Positions 41,185-51,358 of a stretch of 64,000 bases of DNA are shown here, piece by piece. The translations under genes and the position numbers were made by a program. This DNA is from an uncultured Actinomycetota bacterium (lineage in GTDB: Bacteria > Actinomycetota > Actinomycetes > JACCUZ01): assembly GCA_963746465.1 (NCBI GenBank), contig CAVVAY010000007.1:508937-572936 (forward strand), read 5' to 3'. The notes under the pieces were generated by a model that searched no databases, had not been told where the DNA came from, and saw only the letters and a program-made list of their open reading frames with translations. How positions within the stretch are numbered: position 1 is the first letter of the stretch; the number at the start of each line of letters is the position of its first letter.

Positions 41185-43902
41185 GTGGCCGCGAAGGACC
41201 AGACGCAAGCCGGCAACCGCCGGCTGGTGATCGTCGAGTCGCAGACCAAGGCGAAGACGATCGAGGGCTACCTCGGCGCGGGCTACGACGTCCAGGCCAG
41301 CGTCGGTCACATCCGCGACCTGCCGACCCCCTCGGAGCTTCCGGCGGCGGAGAAGAAGGGCCGGTTCGGCAAGTTCGCCGTGGACGTGGACGCCGACTTC
41401 GAGCCGTTCTACGTCGTCGACGCGGACAAGAAGCGGAAGGTCGCCGAGCTCAAGCGGGCCCTCAAGGACGCCGACGAGCTGTTCCTCGCGACCGACGAGG
41501 ACCGCGAGGGCGAGGCCATCGCCTGGCACCTGCTGCAGGTCCTGGACCCCAAGGTGCCCGTCCGCCGGATGGTGTTCCACGAGATCACCCGGGACGCGAT
41601 CCGAGCGGCCGTCGAGCAGACCCGCGACCTCGACCTGCACCTGGTGGACGCGCAGGAGACCCGGCGCATCCTGGACCGGCTCTACGGCTACGAGGTCTCC
41701 CCGGTGCTGTGGCGCAAGGTCCGCCAGGGGTTGTCCGCCGGCCGGGTGCAGTCGGTCGCGACCCGGCTCGTCGTCGAGCGCGAGCGGGAGCGCATCGCGT
41801 TCCGCGCCGCGGAGTACTGGGACATCGAGGCCACCCTCGACAAGGCTGAGGGCGAGTCGAACCGCTTTGATGCGCGGCTGGTGGCCGTCGACGGCCGACG
41901 CGTCGCGACCGGTCGCGACTTCGGCAGGGACGGCCGGCCGGTCGCCCGCTTCGACGGCGTGCAGCTCGACCAGTCGACAGCGGTCGCCCTCGCCGATGCG
42001 CTTCGCGAGTCGGACTTCGCGGTCCGGTCGGTCGAGGACAAGCCGTACGTACGCCGGCCGTCGGCACCGTTCATGACCTCGACCCTGCAGCAGGAGGCCA
42101 GCCGCAAGCTGCGGATGACCGCGCAGACCGCGATGCGGGTCGCGCAGCGGCTGTACGAGAACGGCTACATCACCTACATGCGTACCGACTCGACGACGCT
42201 GTCCGAGTCAGGGCTGAACGCGGCACGCAGCCAGGCGCGGGACATCTACGGGCCGGAGTACGTGCCCGACGTGCCCCGCCGCTACGAGCGCAAGGTGAAG
42301 AACGCCCAGGAGGCGCACGAGGCGATCCGGCCTTCCGGCGACTCGTTCCGTACGCCGGGCCAGGTGGCGGGAGAGCTCAGCCGCGACGAGCTGGCGCTCT
42401 ACGACCTGATCTGGAAGCGCACCGTCGCCTCGCAGATGGCCGACGCCCGCGGGCAGACCGTGACGGTGCGGCTCGGCGCGACGAGCTCCGACGGGCGGGA
42501 CGCCGAGTTCTCGACGTCCGGCACCGTGATCACCTTCCGCGGTTTCCTGGCTGCCTACGAGGAGGGCCGGGACGACGATGAGAGTGCTTCGGCGCGCGAG
42601 GGCGAGGAGCGCGAGCGGCGCCTTCCCCAGATGCGTGAGGGAGACCGGCTCACGGTCCTGGACCTGCAACCGGACGGGCACTCCACCTCGCCCCCCGCGC
42701 GCTACACCGAGCCGACGTTGGTGCGAGCGCTGGAGGAGCGCGGCATCGGCCGCCCGTCGACGTACGCCTCGATCCTCGGGACGATCATCGACCGCGGCTA
42801 CGTCTTCAAGCGCGGGTCGGCCCTGGTGCCGGCCTGGCTGGCGTTCGCCACCATCGGTCTGCTGGAGAAGCACTTCGGCTCGCTGGTCGACTACGACTTC
42901 ACCGCCGCGATGGAGGAGGACCTCGACCGGATCGCCAACGGCGAGCAGAACCGGGTCGACTGGCTGCGCGCCTTCTACTTCGGTGGCGGCCAGGACGGGG
43001 ACCCCGGCCTGCACGAGCTGGTGTCCGGCTTCGGCGACATCGACGCCCGCGAGGTCAACTCGATCCCGATCGGCAGCGACATCATCCTGCGGGTCGGCCG
43101 GTATGGGCCGTACGTGCAGCGCGGGCCGGACGGCGACGAGTCGTCGCAGCGAGCATCGGTGCCCGAGGACATGGCGCCGGACGAGCTCACCGTCGAGAAG
43201 GCGGAGGAGCTGCTGGCAGCGCCCAGCGGTGACCGCGACCTCGGCACCCACCCGGAGAGCGGGCTGCCGGTCGTGGCGAAAGCAGGGCGGTACGGGCCGT
43301 ACGTGACCGAGGTGCTGCCCGACGATGCCGCCAAGAACGCGAAGCCGCGCACGGGCTCCTTGCTGGCGACGATGTCGCTGGACACGGTGACCCTCGACGA
43401 CGCGTTGCGGCTGCTCAGCCTGCCGCGGGTGGTCGGCGTCGACCCGGCCGACGGCGTCGAGATCACCGCGCAGAACGGTAGGTACGGGCCGTACCTCAAG
43501 AAGGGCACCGACTCGCGGTCGCTGGACAACGAGGAGCAGATGTTCGACATCACCCTCGACCAGGCGCTGGCGATCTACGCGCAGCCCAAGCAGCGCGGCC
43601 GCCGGGCCGCCGCGGCCCCGCTCAAGGAGCTGGGCAACGACCCGACCACCGGGCTGCCGGTCGTGGTGAAGGAGGGACGGTTCGGGGCCTACGTGACCGA
43701 CGGCGAGAGCAATGCGACGCTGCGCAAGGCCGACTCGGTCGAGTCTGTGACCATCGAGCGGGCCGCCGAGCTGCTGGCCGAGAAGCGCGCCAAGGGCCCG
43801 GCCCCGAAGAAGCGCGCGGCCAAGAAGGCCACGGCAAAGAAGACGACGGCGAAGAAGGCAGCGAAGAAGACGACCAAGAAGGCCGCCGCCAAGAAGTCCT
43901 AG
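41185..43902 (+). CDS. topA: DNA topoisomerase I with a lysine-rich C-terminal tail
   Basis: It has the TOPRIM start (LVIVESQTKAKTIEGYLG), the active-site region and repeated C-terminal GRYGPYV motifs, ending in a KKAAKK tail. The product is 905 aa. Confidence 0.9.
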   Translation: MAAKDQTQAGNRRLVIVESQTKAKTIEGYLGAGYDVQASVGHIRDLPTPSELPAAEKKGRFGKFAVDVDADFEPFYVVDADKKRKVAELKRALKDADELFLATDEDREGEAIAWHLLQVLDPKVPVRRMVFHEITRDAIRAAVEQTRDLDLHLVDAQETRRILDRLYGYEVSPVLWRKVRQGLSAGRVQSVATRLVVERERERIAFRAAEYWDIEATLDKAEGESNRFDARLVAVDGRRVATGRDFGRDGRPVARFDGVQLDQSTAVALADALRESDFAVRSVEDKPYVRRPSAPFMTSTLQQEASRKLRMTAQTAMRVAQRLYENGYITYMRTDSTTLSESGLNAARSQARDIYGPEYVPDVPRRYERKVKNAQEAHEAIRPSGDSFRTPGQVAGELSRDELALYDLIWKRTVASQMADARGQTVTVRLGATSSDGRDAEFSTSGTVITFRGFLAAYEEGRDDDESASAREGEERERRLPQMREGDRLTVLDLQPDGHSTSPPARYTEPTLVRALEERGIGRPSTYASILGTIIDRGYVFKRGSALVPAWLAFATIGLLEKHFGSLVDYDFTAAMEEDLDRIANGEQNRVDWLRAFYFGGGQDGDPGLHELVSGFGDIDAREVNSIPIGSDIILRVGRYGPYVQRGPDGDESSQRASVPEDMAPDELTVEKAEELLAAPSGDRDLGTHPESGLPVVAKAGRYGPYVTEVLPDDAAKNAKPRTGSLLATMSLDTVTLDDALRLLSLPRVVGVDPADGVEITAQNGRYGPYLKKGTDSRSLDNEEQMFDITLDQALAIYAQPKQRGRRAAAAPLKELGNDPTTGLPVVVKEGRFGAYVTDGESNATLRKADSVESVTIERAAELLAEKRAKGPAPKKRAAKKATAKKTTAKKAAKKTTKKAAAKKS

Positions 43903-43953
43903 CGCGCCCCAAGGTCCTCTGGACGCCGACGCACCACTCCGACGGCGTGTCTG

Positions 43954-46575
43954 GTGCGGACGCGTCCACTCGGGGATGTCGGGCGGATGGATACCCTGGG
44001 CGCCGTGAGCACCTCGAGCGCCCAGCCGGTCGTGATCCCCGACCACGACCTGCGCGGGGTGCTGCGCATCCCGGCGTTCCGTCAGCTGTGGACCGCCCTG
44101 TCGCTGTCCAGCATGGGTGACTGGCTGGGCCTGCTGGCTCTCACCGCGCTGGCCCCCCTGCTGGCCGACCGGGGCTACGCCGCCGCGAACCTCGCCATCG
44201 CGGGTGTCTTCATCCTCCGGCTCGCCCCGGCGATCGTCATCGGCCCGCTCGCCGGGGTCGTCGCCGACCGGCTCGACCGCCGCCTCACCATGGTTGTCTG
44301 CGACCTCGCCCGGTTCGCGCTCTTCCTGTCGATCCCCTTGATCGGCACCCTGTGGTGGCTGTTCGTCGCGACCTTCCTCATCGAGGTCGCCAGCCTGGTC
44401 TGGATCCCGGCGAAGGAAGCCACGGTCCCCAACCTGGTCCCTCGCGAGCGGCTCGAGACGGCCAACCAGCTCAGCCTGTTCACGACGTACGGCTCGGCCC
44501 CGGTCGCCGCCGCCATCTTCGCCGGGCTGGCGCTGCTCACCGGCATGCTCGACAACGCGGTGCCCGAGCTCGCGGCGGTCGACCTCGCCCTGTACGTCAA
44601 CGCCGCCACCTTCCTGGTCAGCGCCGTCACGATCCTGCGACTGCGGGCCATCCCCGCGCGCCAGCGGCTGGCCGAGGGGGAGCGGCACCCCAGCGTGTGG
44701 CGCACCCTGGTCGAGGGGTGGACCTATGTCGGTCGCACCCGCCTGATCCGCGGCCTCGTCGTGGGCATGCTCGGTGCCTTCGCGGCCGGCGGTGCCGTCA
44801 TCGGCCTGGCTCGCACCTTCGTCACCGACCTGGGAGGTGGCGACCCGGGCTACGGCCTGCTGTTCGGCACCGTGTTCCTCGGCCTGGCGGGCGGCATGCT
44901 CCTCGGCCCCCGGCTGCTGCCCGACTTCAGCCGACGGCGGATGTTCGGGCTGGCCATCGGCGGTGCGGGGCTGTCCTTGGCACTGCTCGGCCTGATCCCC
45001 AACCTGGTGCTGGCCGTGCTGATCACCCTGGTGATCGGCGCGTTCGCCGGCGTCGCGTGGGTCACCGGCTACACGTTGCTCGGTCTCGAGGTGGCCGACG
45101 AGCTGCGCGGCCGGACGTTCGCCTTCGTACAGACCATGGTCCGTGTCGTCCTGGTGGCGGTGCTGGCAGTGTCCCCGCTGCTCGCGGCTGCGTTCGGGCA
45201 GCACGAGGTCGAGGTCACCGACGCGCTCGCCCTCACCTACAACGGGGCGGCCTTCGTCTTCCTGCTCGCGGGTCTGCTCGCCGCGGCGCTGGGCATCGCG
45301 TCGTACCGCCACATGGACGACCGGCGTGGAGTGCCGTTGTCCGCCGACCTCGCTGCCGCCTTCCACAGCGAGCCGGTCGGCCTGCACGGGAGCGGTCCCC
45401 GGAAGGGGTACTTCATCGCGCTGGAAGGAGGCGAGGGTGCCGGGAAGTCGACCCAGGCCCGTGCCTTGGCCCGCTGGCTCGAGTCGCTGGGGCACGACGT
45501 CCTGGTGACCTTCGAGCCGGGCGCCACCGAGGTCGGCCGCCGGCTCCGCTCGGTGCTGCTCGACCATCCCGAGCCGGCCGCAGACGCCGCCGCCGTCGCG
45601 CCACCCGCCCTGTCCGCCCGGACCGAGGCGCTGCTGTTCGCGGCCGACCGGGCCGAGCACGTCGCGACCGTGGTGCGGCCCGCGCTGGCACTGGGTCACG
45701 TCGTGGTCTGCGACCGCTACACCGACTCCTCGGTGGCCTACCAGGGTGCCGGCCGCGAGCTGGCAGGTGCCGAGGTCGGCCGGCTGTCGCGGTGGGCGAC
45801 CGACGGTCTGCTGCCACAGCTGACCGTGGTCCTGGACGTCCCCGCAGCCGACGGCCTGTCCCGGGTCGAGGCCCCGGACCGGTTGGAGTCGGAGCCGCTG
45901 GCCTTCCACGAGCGGGTCCGCGAGCGGTTCCTCGAGCTGGCCCGTCGCGGCGGCTCCCGCTACCTCGTCGTCGACGGGACCCTGCCGCCCGAGGAGATCA
46001 CCGCGGCGATCCGGGCCCGGCTGGAGCCGGCGCTGCCGCTCAGCGCGCAGCAGATCCGGGAGGCCGAGGAGGCCCGGGCTGCCGAGGAGAAGCGGCGACA
46101 GCTCGCCGAGGCGGCCCGTCAGCTCGAGGAGGCCCGGGCCCGGGCCGAGGCCGAGGAGCAGGCCCGGCGGGCGGCGCTGGACGCCGAGGCCCGGGTGGCG
46201 CAGGCCGCCGCCGAGGCAGCCGCACTGGCCGAGCAGCGCAGGCTGCAGGAGCAGGCCGAGGCCGCCGAGCGAGCCCGGCTGGCGGCGATCGCAGCCGCGG
46301 AGGCCGCCAAGGTGCGCGAGGAGCATGCCCGGCAGCGCGCGCTGCAGGCCGAGCAGCGACGCCGGCAGAAGGAGGCCCACCGGCCGCCCCGGGCCCAGCC
46401 CACCCGGCGTTCGGTGGGCGACGAGACCACGGTCCCGACGGCGGTGCCTGCCGCCGAGCCACCCACCCGTCCGCTCAGCCTCAGCGACGAGCTGTTCGGC
46501 ATCGGCACCGACGACGAGACGGACGACAGCACGTTGCAGCTGCCCCGCGTCGACAACCGGCGCGACGACCGGTGA
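43954..46575 (+). CDS. tmk: bifunctional MFS transporter / dTMP kinase fusion with a long Ala/Glu/Arg-rich coiled-coil and disordered C-terminus
   Basis: The N-terminal ~480 aa are multi-TM MFS. They are followed by a thymidylate kinase domain (ALEGGEGAGKSTQ P-loop, DRY, lid region), then about 190 aa of AEEARA-type repeats. It is one continuous 873-aa ORF. Confidence 0.8.
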   Translation: MRTRPLGDVGRMDTLGAVSTSSAQPVVIPDHDLRGVLRIPAFRQLWTALSLSSMGDWLGLLALTALAPLLADRGYAAANLAIAGVFILRLAPAIVIGPLAGVVADRLDRRLTMVVCDLARFALFLSIPLIGTLWWLFVATFLIEVASLVWIPAKEATVPNLVPRERLETANQLSLFTTYGSAPVAAAIFAGLALLTGMLDNAVPELAAVDLALYVNAATFLVSAVTILRLRAIPARQRLAEGERHPSVWRTLVEGWTYVGRTRLIRGLVVGMLGAFAAGGAVIGLARTFVTDLGGGDPGYGLLFGTVFLGLAGGMLLGPRLLPDFSRRRMFGLAIGGAGLSLALLGLIPNLVLAVLITLVIGAFAGVAWVTGYTLLGLEVADELRGRTFAFVQTMVRVVLVAVLAVSPLLAAAFGQHEVEVTDALALTYNGAAFVFLLAGLLAAALGIASYRHMDDRRGVPLSADLAAAFHSEPVGLHGSGPRKGYFIALEGGEGAGKSTQARALARWLESLGHDVLVTFEPGATEVGRRLRSVLLDHPEPAADAAAVAPPALSARTEALLFAADRAEHVATVVRPALALGHVVVCDRYTDSSVAYQGAGRELAGAEVGRLSRWATDGLLPQLTVVLDVPAADGLSRVEAPDRLESEPLAFHERVRERFLELARRGGSRYLVVDGTLPPEEITAAIRARLEPALPLSAQQIREAEEARAAEEKRRQLAEAARQLEEARARAEAEEQARRAALDAEARVAQAAAEAAALAEQRRLQEQAEAAERARLAAIAAAEAAKVREEHARQRALQAEQRRRQKEAHRPPRAQPTRRSVGDETTVPTAVPAAEPPTRPLSLSDELFGIGTDDETDDSTLQLPRVDNRRDDR

Positions 46576-47747
46576 GCCAGCCGGGCGCGGGGATCTGGTC
46601 CGACCTGGTCGGCCAGCAGCCGACGGTCGCCGTGCTGCAGCGCGCCGTGGCTGGGGCCGCAGCCACCCGTCGCGGGGAGCCGGGCTCCGGCATGACGCAT
46701 GCCTGGCTGTTCACCGGTCCACCCGGGTCGGGCCGGTCCACCGCGGCCCGAGCGTTCGCCGCTGCGCTGCAGTGCCCCGACGAGGGCTGCAGCGAGTGCG
46801 CGGCCTGCCGCAGCGTGCTCGGCGGCGGTCACCCCGATGTCGAGGTCGTCAACACCCGCAAGCTGTCCATCGGCGTCGACGATGCCCGGGCCCTGGTCTC
46901 TCGCGCCGGTCGGCATCCAGCGCTCGGTCGGTGGCAGGTGATGGTGGTCGAGGACGCCGACCGGCTCACCGACCAGGCCGGAAACGCGCTGCTCAAGGCC
47001 ATCGAGGAACCGACACCGCACACCGTGTGGCTGCTCTGCGCGCCGGCCGTCGACGACGTCCTGCCCACGGTCCGCTCCCGCTGCCGGCACCTGTCGTTGC
47101 GCACCCCACCGACCGACGCGGTCGCCGACGTGCTGGTCCGTCGCGACGGGGTCGACCCGGCGATGGCGTCGTTCGCCGCCAGGGCGGCGCAGGGCCACAT
47201 CGGCCGGGCCCGCCGGCTGGCCACCGACGAGGAGGCCCGGCTGCGCCGGCACGCCGTACTACGGCTGCCGCTCTCGCTGGGCGAGCTCAGCGCCGCGTTG
47301 CGGGCCGCCGGCGACCTGGTCGACGCAGCCACCGCGGAGGCCAACGAGCAGGCCGCCACGCTGGCTGCGTCCGAGGCCGACGAGATGCGCCGTGGTCTGG
47401 GCGTCGGGCCGGGCGCCCGGCAGCCCGCCGGCGCGGCGGCCCAGCTCAAGGAGCTGGAGGGCGAGCAGAAGAAGCGCGCCACCCGCACCAGGCGGGACGC
47501 CATCGACCGCGCGCTGATCGACCTGGCCGGCTTCTACCGCGACGTCCTCGCCCTCCAGGCGCAGGCAGACGTCGAACTCGTGAACGACGAGATGCGTGAC
47601 GCGGTCAGCGGGGTGGCCCGGTCGTCGAGCCCCGAGTCGACGCTGCGCCGGATCGACGCGATCCTCGCCGCCCGGACGGCGATCGATGCGAACGTCGCCC
47701 CGCTGCTCGCGGTCGAGGCGATGACCGTCGCGCTGCGCCGCGGCTGA
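46572..47747 (+). CDS. holB: DNA polymerase III subunit delta-prime
   Basis: It has the AAA+ P-loop GPPGSGRST, a zinc module CPDEGCSECAAC and the sensor motif SRC. The GTG overlaps the upstream stop. Confidence 0.85.
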   Translation: MSQPGAGIWSDLVGQQPTVAVLQRAVAGAAATRRGEPGSGMTHAWLFTGPPGSGRSTAARAFAAALQCPDEGCSECAACRSVLGGGHPDVEVVNTRKLSIGVDDARALVSRAGRHPALGRWQVMVVEDADRLTDQAGNALLKAIEEPTPHTVWLLCAPAVDDVLPTVRSRCRHLSLRTPPTDAVADVLVRRDGVDPAMASFAARAAQGHIGRARRLATDEEARLRRHAVLRLPLSLGELSAALRAAGDLVDAATAEANEQAATLAASEADEMRRGLGVGPGARQPAGAAAQLKELEGEQKKRATRTRRDAIDRALIDLAGFYRDVLALQAQADVELVNDEMRDAVSGVARSSSPESTLRRIDAILAARTAIDANVAPLLAVEAMTVALRRG

Positions 47748-47750
47748 CGC

Positions 47751-49490
47751 TCAGGCCAGCGGCACGATCTCCGGCGCCCCGAGGCGGGCCGTGTCGGCGG
47801 TCTGGTCGTCCGGCTGCTCCTGGGAGAGCCGCTCGGCCTTGACCCGGGCGAGGTAGTGCTCGACCTCCCGCTCGGTCTGCGCCGCACTCCAGCCGAGCAC
47901 CGGCGCCATCAGCGCGGCGGCGACCGGGGCCGCGGTCACGCCGCGGTCGAAGGTCTCGATCGAGATCCGGGTACGCCGGGTGAGCACGTCGTCCAGGTGG
48001 CGAGCGCCCTCGTGGCTGGCCGCGTAGACCAGCTCGGCGCGCAGGTAGTCGTCGGCGCCCTCGACGGCGTCGCCCAGCGAGGGGTCCCGGTCGACGAGCG
48101 CCAGCACCTCGTGCACGAGTGAGCCGTGGCGGTGCAGCAGGTGCTCCACCCGGGCGACGTGCAGACCGTGCTTGGTCGCCAGCCGCTGCCGCCCGTTCCA
48201 CAGCGCGGCATAGCCCTCGGCTCCGACCAGCGGGATGCGGTCGGTGACGCAGTCCGGCACCTTGTCGTCGAGGCCGTGGCTCACGGCGTCGACCGCGTCC
48301 TTCGCCATCACGCGGTACGTCGTGTACTTGCCACCGGCCACGACGACCAGTCCGGGCACCGGGTGGGCGACCGTGTGCTCCCGTGACAGCTTCGAGGTCG
48401 ACTCGGACTCGCCGGACAGCAGCGGGCGCAGCCCGGCGTACACGCCCTCGACGTCCTCACGGGTCAGCGGTGTCACCAGCACCCGGTTGACGTGCTCGAG
48501 CAGGTAGTCGATGTCGGTGCTGGACGCCGCCGGATGAGCCTTGCCGAGGTCCCAGTCGGTGTCGGTCGTCCCGATGATCCAGTGCCGGCCCCAGGGGATG
48601 ACGAACAGCACGCTGGTCTCGGTGCGCAGGATCAGGCCGGTGGCCGACTGGATGCGGTCCCGCGGGACGACCAGGTGAACGCCTTTGGACGCGCGCACGT
48701 GGAACTGGCCGCGCTCACCTGCCATCGCCTGGGTCAGGTCGGTCCAGACGCCGGTCGCATTCACCACCTGACGCGCGCGGACCTCGAGCTCGGTGTCGGA
48801 CTCGAAGTCGCGGACCCGCACGCCGGTCACCCGCTCGCCCTCACGGAGGAACCCGATCACCCGTGCCCGGTTGGCAACCAGTGCGCCATAGGCCGCCGCG
48901 GTGCGGACCACGGCGGCGGTGTGCCGGGCGTCGTCGACCTGCGCGTCGTAGTACTGGATGGCGCCGACCAGTGCGTCCTTGCGCAGCGACGGCGACTGCC
49001 GCAGGGCGGCCTTGCGAGACAGGTGCCGGTGGTGCGGCAGACCGCGGGCGTTGCCGGACGAGACACCCATCGTGTCGTAGAGCGCGACACCGGCACCGGC
49101 GTACAACCGCTCCCACCCCCGGTGCTTGAGCGGGTAGAGGAACGGCACGGGGCGCACCAGGTGCGGTGCGAGCCGCTGGGTCAGCAGGCCGCGCTCGCGC
49201 AAGGCCTCCCGGACCAGGCCGAAGTCGAGCATCTCCAGGTAGCGCAGGCCGCCGTGGATCAGCTTGCTCGACCGGCTCGACGTACCTGCCGCCCAGTCGC
49301 GACCCTCGAACAATCCCACCGTCAGGCCGCGGGTCACCGCGTCCAGGGCCACGCCCGCGCCCACCACGCCGCCGCCGATGACGACGACGTCGAGCTCGTC
49401 GACCTGCGCCGCGTCCAGCGCATCGTGACGTTCGTCCGGGCCGAGCCGGCTGGTGGGGGAGAACGGCCGGGAGGCCGGGTCCTGCCGCAT
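47751..49490 (-). CDS. glpD: FAD-dependent glycerol-3-phosphate dehydrogenase
   Basis: The FAD fingerprint DVVVIGGGVVGAGVALDA and conserved GlpD core are present. The ATG at 49490 gives 579 aa. The track ORF adds a further 79 aa. Confidence 0.85.
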   Translation of the reverse strand: MRQDPASRPFSPTSRLGPDERHDALDAAQVDELDVVVIGGGVVGAGVALDAVTRGLTVGLFEGRDWAAGTSSRSSKLIHGGLRYLEMLDFGLVREALRERGLLTQRLAPHLVRPVPFLYPLKHRGWERLYAGAGVALYDTMGVSSGNARGLPHHRHLSRKAALRQSPSLRKDALVGAIQYYDAQVDDARHTAAVVRTAAAYGALVANRARVIGFLREGERVTGVRVRDFESDTELEVRARQVVNATGVWTDLTQAMAGERGQFHVRASKGVHLVVPRDRIQSATGLILRTETSVLFVIPWGRHWIIGTTDTDWDLGKAHPAASSTDIDYLLEHVNRVLVTPLTREDVEGVYAGLRPLLSGESESTSKLSREHTVAHPVPGLVVVAGGKYTTYRVMAKDAVDAVSHGLDDKVPDCVTDRIPLVGAEGYAALWNGRQRLATKHGLHVARVEHLLHRHGSLVHEVLALVDRDPSLGDAVEGADDYLRAELVYAASHEGARHLDDVLTRRTRISIETFDRGVTAAPVAAALMAPVLGWSAAQTEREVEHYLARVKAERLSQEQPDDQTADTARLGAPEIVPLA

Positions 49491-49599
49491 CTGCGTCCTC
49501 ACTGCAGTCCGGCGACCTATCGTAGGGCTGGAAGAGCCGGCGTCAGCAGCCGCATACCCTCGGCCCTGCTGTGGCGGAGCAGATCTCGAGGGAGTCCAG

Positions 49600-51129
49600 A
49601 TGACGGGCTGGTTGCGCGTATCGGCGCCGCTGCTTGCGCTGTCGGTGCTCGCCGCTTGCTTTGCAGGAGGTGACGAGCCGGCTGGCGACCGCCGCCCTTC
49701 GCCGACGGCGCCGGCCAGGACCACCACGGCGCCCAGCGCGGGCCTGGACCGGTTCTACGCCCAGCAGCTGGACTGGCGCGGCTGCAAAGGCGGTTTCGAG
49801 TGCACTGATGTCCTCGTGCCCGTGGACTACGCCGACCCCGGTCGCGGGACGCTGCCGCTGGCCGTGAACCGGTTGCCAGCCGCCGGTGACCGGATCGGTT
49901 CGCTGCTCATCAATCCCGGAGGCCCAGGGGCCTCCGGACTCGCGTATGCGCGTCGTGCCAGATCGATCGTGAGCAAGCGGGTCCGCGAGCGTTACGACAT
50001 CGTCGGTTTCGACCCACGCGGTGTGGGCGCGAGCGCCGGGCTGAACTGCCTGACGGACAGGCAGCTCGACGGATTCCTCTCCGAGGACGGCACGCCGGAC
50101 GACGCGACCGAGGAGCAAGGGCTCGTCCACGAGGCCGAGCTGCTCGCTGCCGGCTGCCAGCGCGACGATGCCCTGCTGCTGCCGCACCTCAGCACTCGTT
50201 CCGCTGCTCGGGACCTCGACGTCCTGCGGGCTGTTCTCGGCGATGGTCAGCTGACCTATCTGGGCAAGAGCTACGGAACCTACCTCGGTGCGGTCTACGC
50301 CGACCTGTTCCCGAAGCGGGTCGGCCGACTGGTGCTGGACGGCCCGATCGACCCGGCCGCTAGCAGCTCCGAGATGGCCAGGCTCCAAGCCGTCGGCTTC
50401 CAGCGCGCCTTGGCAGCCTTCCTCGACGACTGCCTGCAGCGGAAGTCCTGCCCGTTCCCGGGGGGCCGGGCCGCGGCAGGGACGCAGCTCGCCGACTTCC
50501 TCGGGGCGGTGGACAGAGATCCGCTCCCGGGTGTCGGCAAGCGGCAGCTGACCGAGGCGCTGGCGACGCTGGGTATCATCGCCGCGCTCTATGACGAGGG
50601 CAGCTGGTCCTTCCTTCGACAGGCTCTTGGCCAGGCATTCCAGGGTGACGGTGAGTGGCTGATGCTGCTGGCCGACTTCTACGCTGACCGCGGGCCGGGC
50701 GGGCGCTACACGACTAACGCCGTCGAGGCCATGTACGCGGTCAACTGCCTCGACCGCCCGGAGGAGTCCGACCTCGACAAGGTGCGTGCCGACGCTGAGT
50801 CGGCTGCCGAGGCCGCCCCGTTGTTCGGCGCCTACATCGTGTGGAGCAATTTGCCGTGCAGCAGCTGGCCGGCGCCGACGGAGAGCGAGCCGGCTCCCCT
50901 CGCAGCCGCAGGGTCACAGCCCATCCTGGTCGTCGGGACGACCCGCGACCCGGCGACGCCGTACGAGTGGGCGCAGTCGCTGGCCGACGAGCTGGACGCC
51001 GGCCACCTGCTGACTTACGTCGGCGACGGCCACACGGCGTACCGCCGGGGGAGCGAGTGCGTCGACGACGCGGTGGACGCCTACCTGCTGGACGGCACCA
51101 CCCCCGGTGTGGGCGCCCGGTGCCGCTGA
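49600..51129 (+). CDS. secreted lipoprotein, alpha/beta-hydrolase (S33 tripeptidyl-aminopeptidase-like)
   Basis: It has a signal sequence with an LAAC lipobox, and the active-site nucleophile motif GKSYGT. The product is 509 aa from MTGWLRVSAP. Confidence 0.75.
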   Translation: MTGWLRVSAPLLALSVLAACFAGGDEPAGDRRPSPTAPARTTTAPSAGLDRFYAQQLDWRGCKGGFECTDVLVPVDYADPGRGTLPLAVNRLPAAGDRIGSLLINPGGPGASGLAYARRARSIVSKRVRERYDIVGFDPRGVGASAGLNCLTDRQLDGFLSEDGTPDDATEEQGLVHEAELLAAGCQRDDALLLPHLSTRSAARDLDVLRAVLGDGQLTYLGKSYGTYLGAVYADLFPKRVGRLVLDGPIDPAASSSEMARLQAVGFQRALAAFLDDCLQRKSCPFPGGRAAAGTQLADFLGAVDRDPLPGVGKRQLTEALATLGIIAALYDEGSWSFLRQALGQAFQGDGEWLMLLADFYADRGPGGRYTTNAVEAMYAVNCLDRPEESDLDKVRADAESAAEAAPLFGAYIVWSNLPCSSWPAPTESEPAPLAAAGSQPILVVGTTRDPATPYEWAQSLADELDAGHLLTYVGDGHTAYRRGSECVDDAVDAYLLDGTTPGVGARCR

Positions 51130-51189
51130 GCCGGACCCACCGGATGCCGTAGACTTTCCCGCCGTGCCGCGGCTCAGGTCGCGGCGCAT

Positions 51190-51263
51190 GCCGCCTTAGC
51201 TCAGTCGGCTAGAGCGACGCACTCGTAATGCGTAGGTCATCGGTTCGACTCCGATAGGCGGCT
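51190..51263 (+). tRNA. tRNA-Thr (anticodon CGT)
   Basis: The sequence GCCGCCTTAGCTCAGTCGGCTAGAGCGACGCACTCGTAATGCGTAGGTCATCGGTTCGACTCCGATAGGCGGCT folds by hand into a cloverleaf with anticodon loop CTCGTAA. CCA is not encoded. Confidence 0.9.
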
Positions 51264-51266
51264 CTA

Positions 51267-51312
51267 CGACGAGGCCTCTGACCTGGCGGTCCCAGGTCGG
51301 AGGCCTCGTTCG
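51267..51312. terminator. long near-perfect inverted repeat CGACGAGGCCTCTGACCTGG-cggt-CCCAGGTCGGAGGCCTCGTTCG immediately 3' of tRNA-Thr
   Basis: Read from the sequence. It is a stem of about 20 bp with two mismatches. It is either a tRNA terminator or a structured boundary element. Confidence 0.45.
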
Positions 51313-51358
51313 ATCTCAGGGACGCAGAACGTCCGGAACCCGCCCTACCGTCATCCAC

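Noticed and set aside
44352-47747. 1131-aa plus-strand ORF overlapping the MFS/Tmk fusion and holB
   Set aside because: It is an Arg/Gly/Pro-rich alternative frame. The real genes are in other frames with clear motifs.
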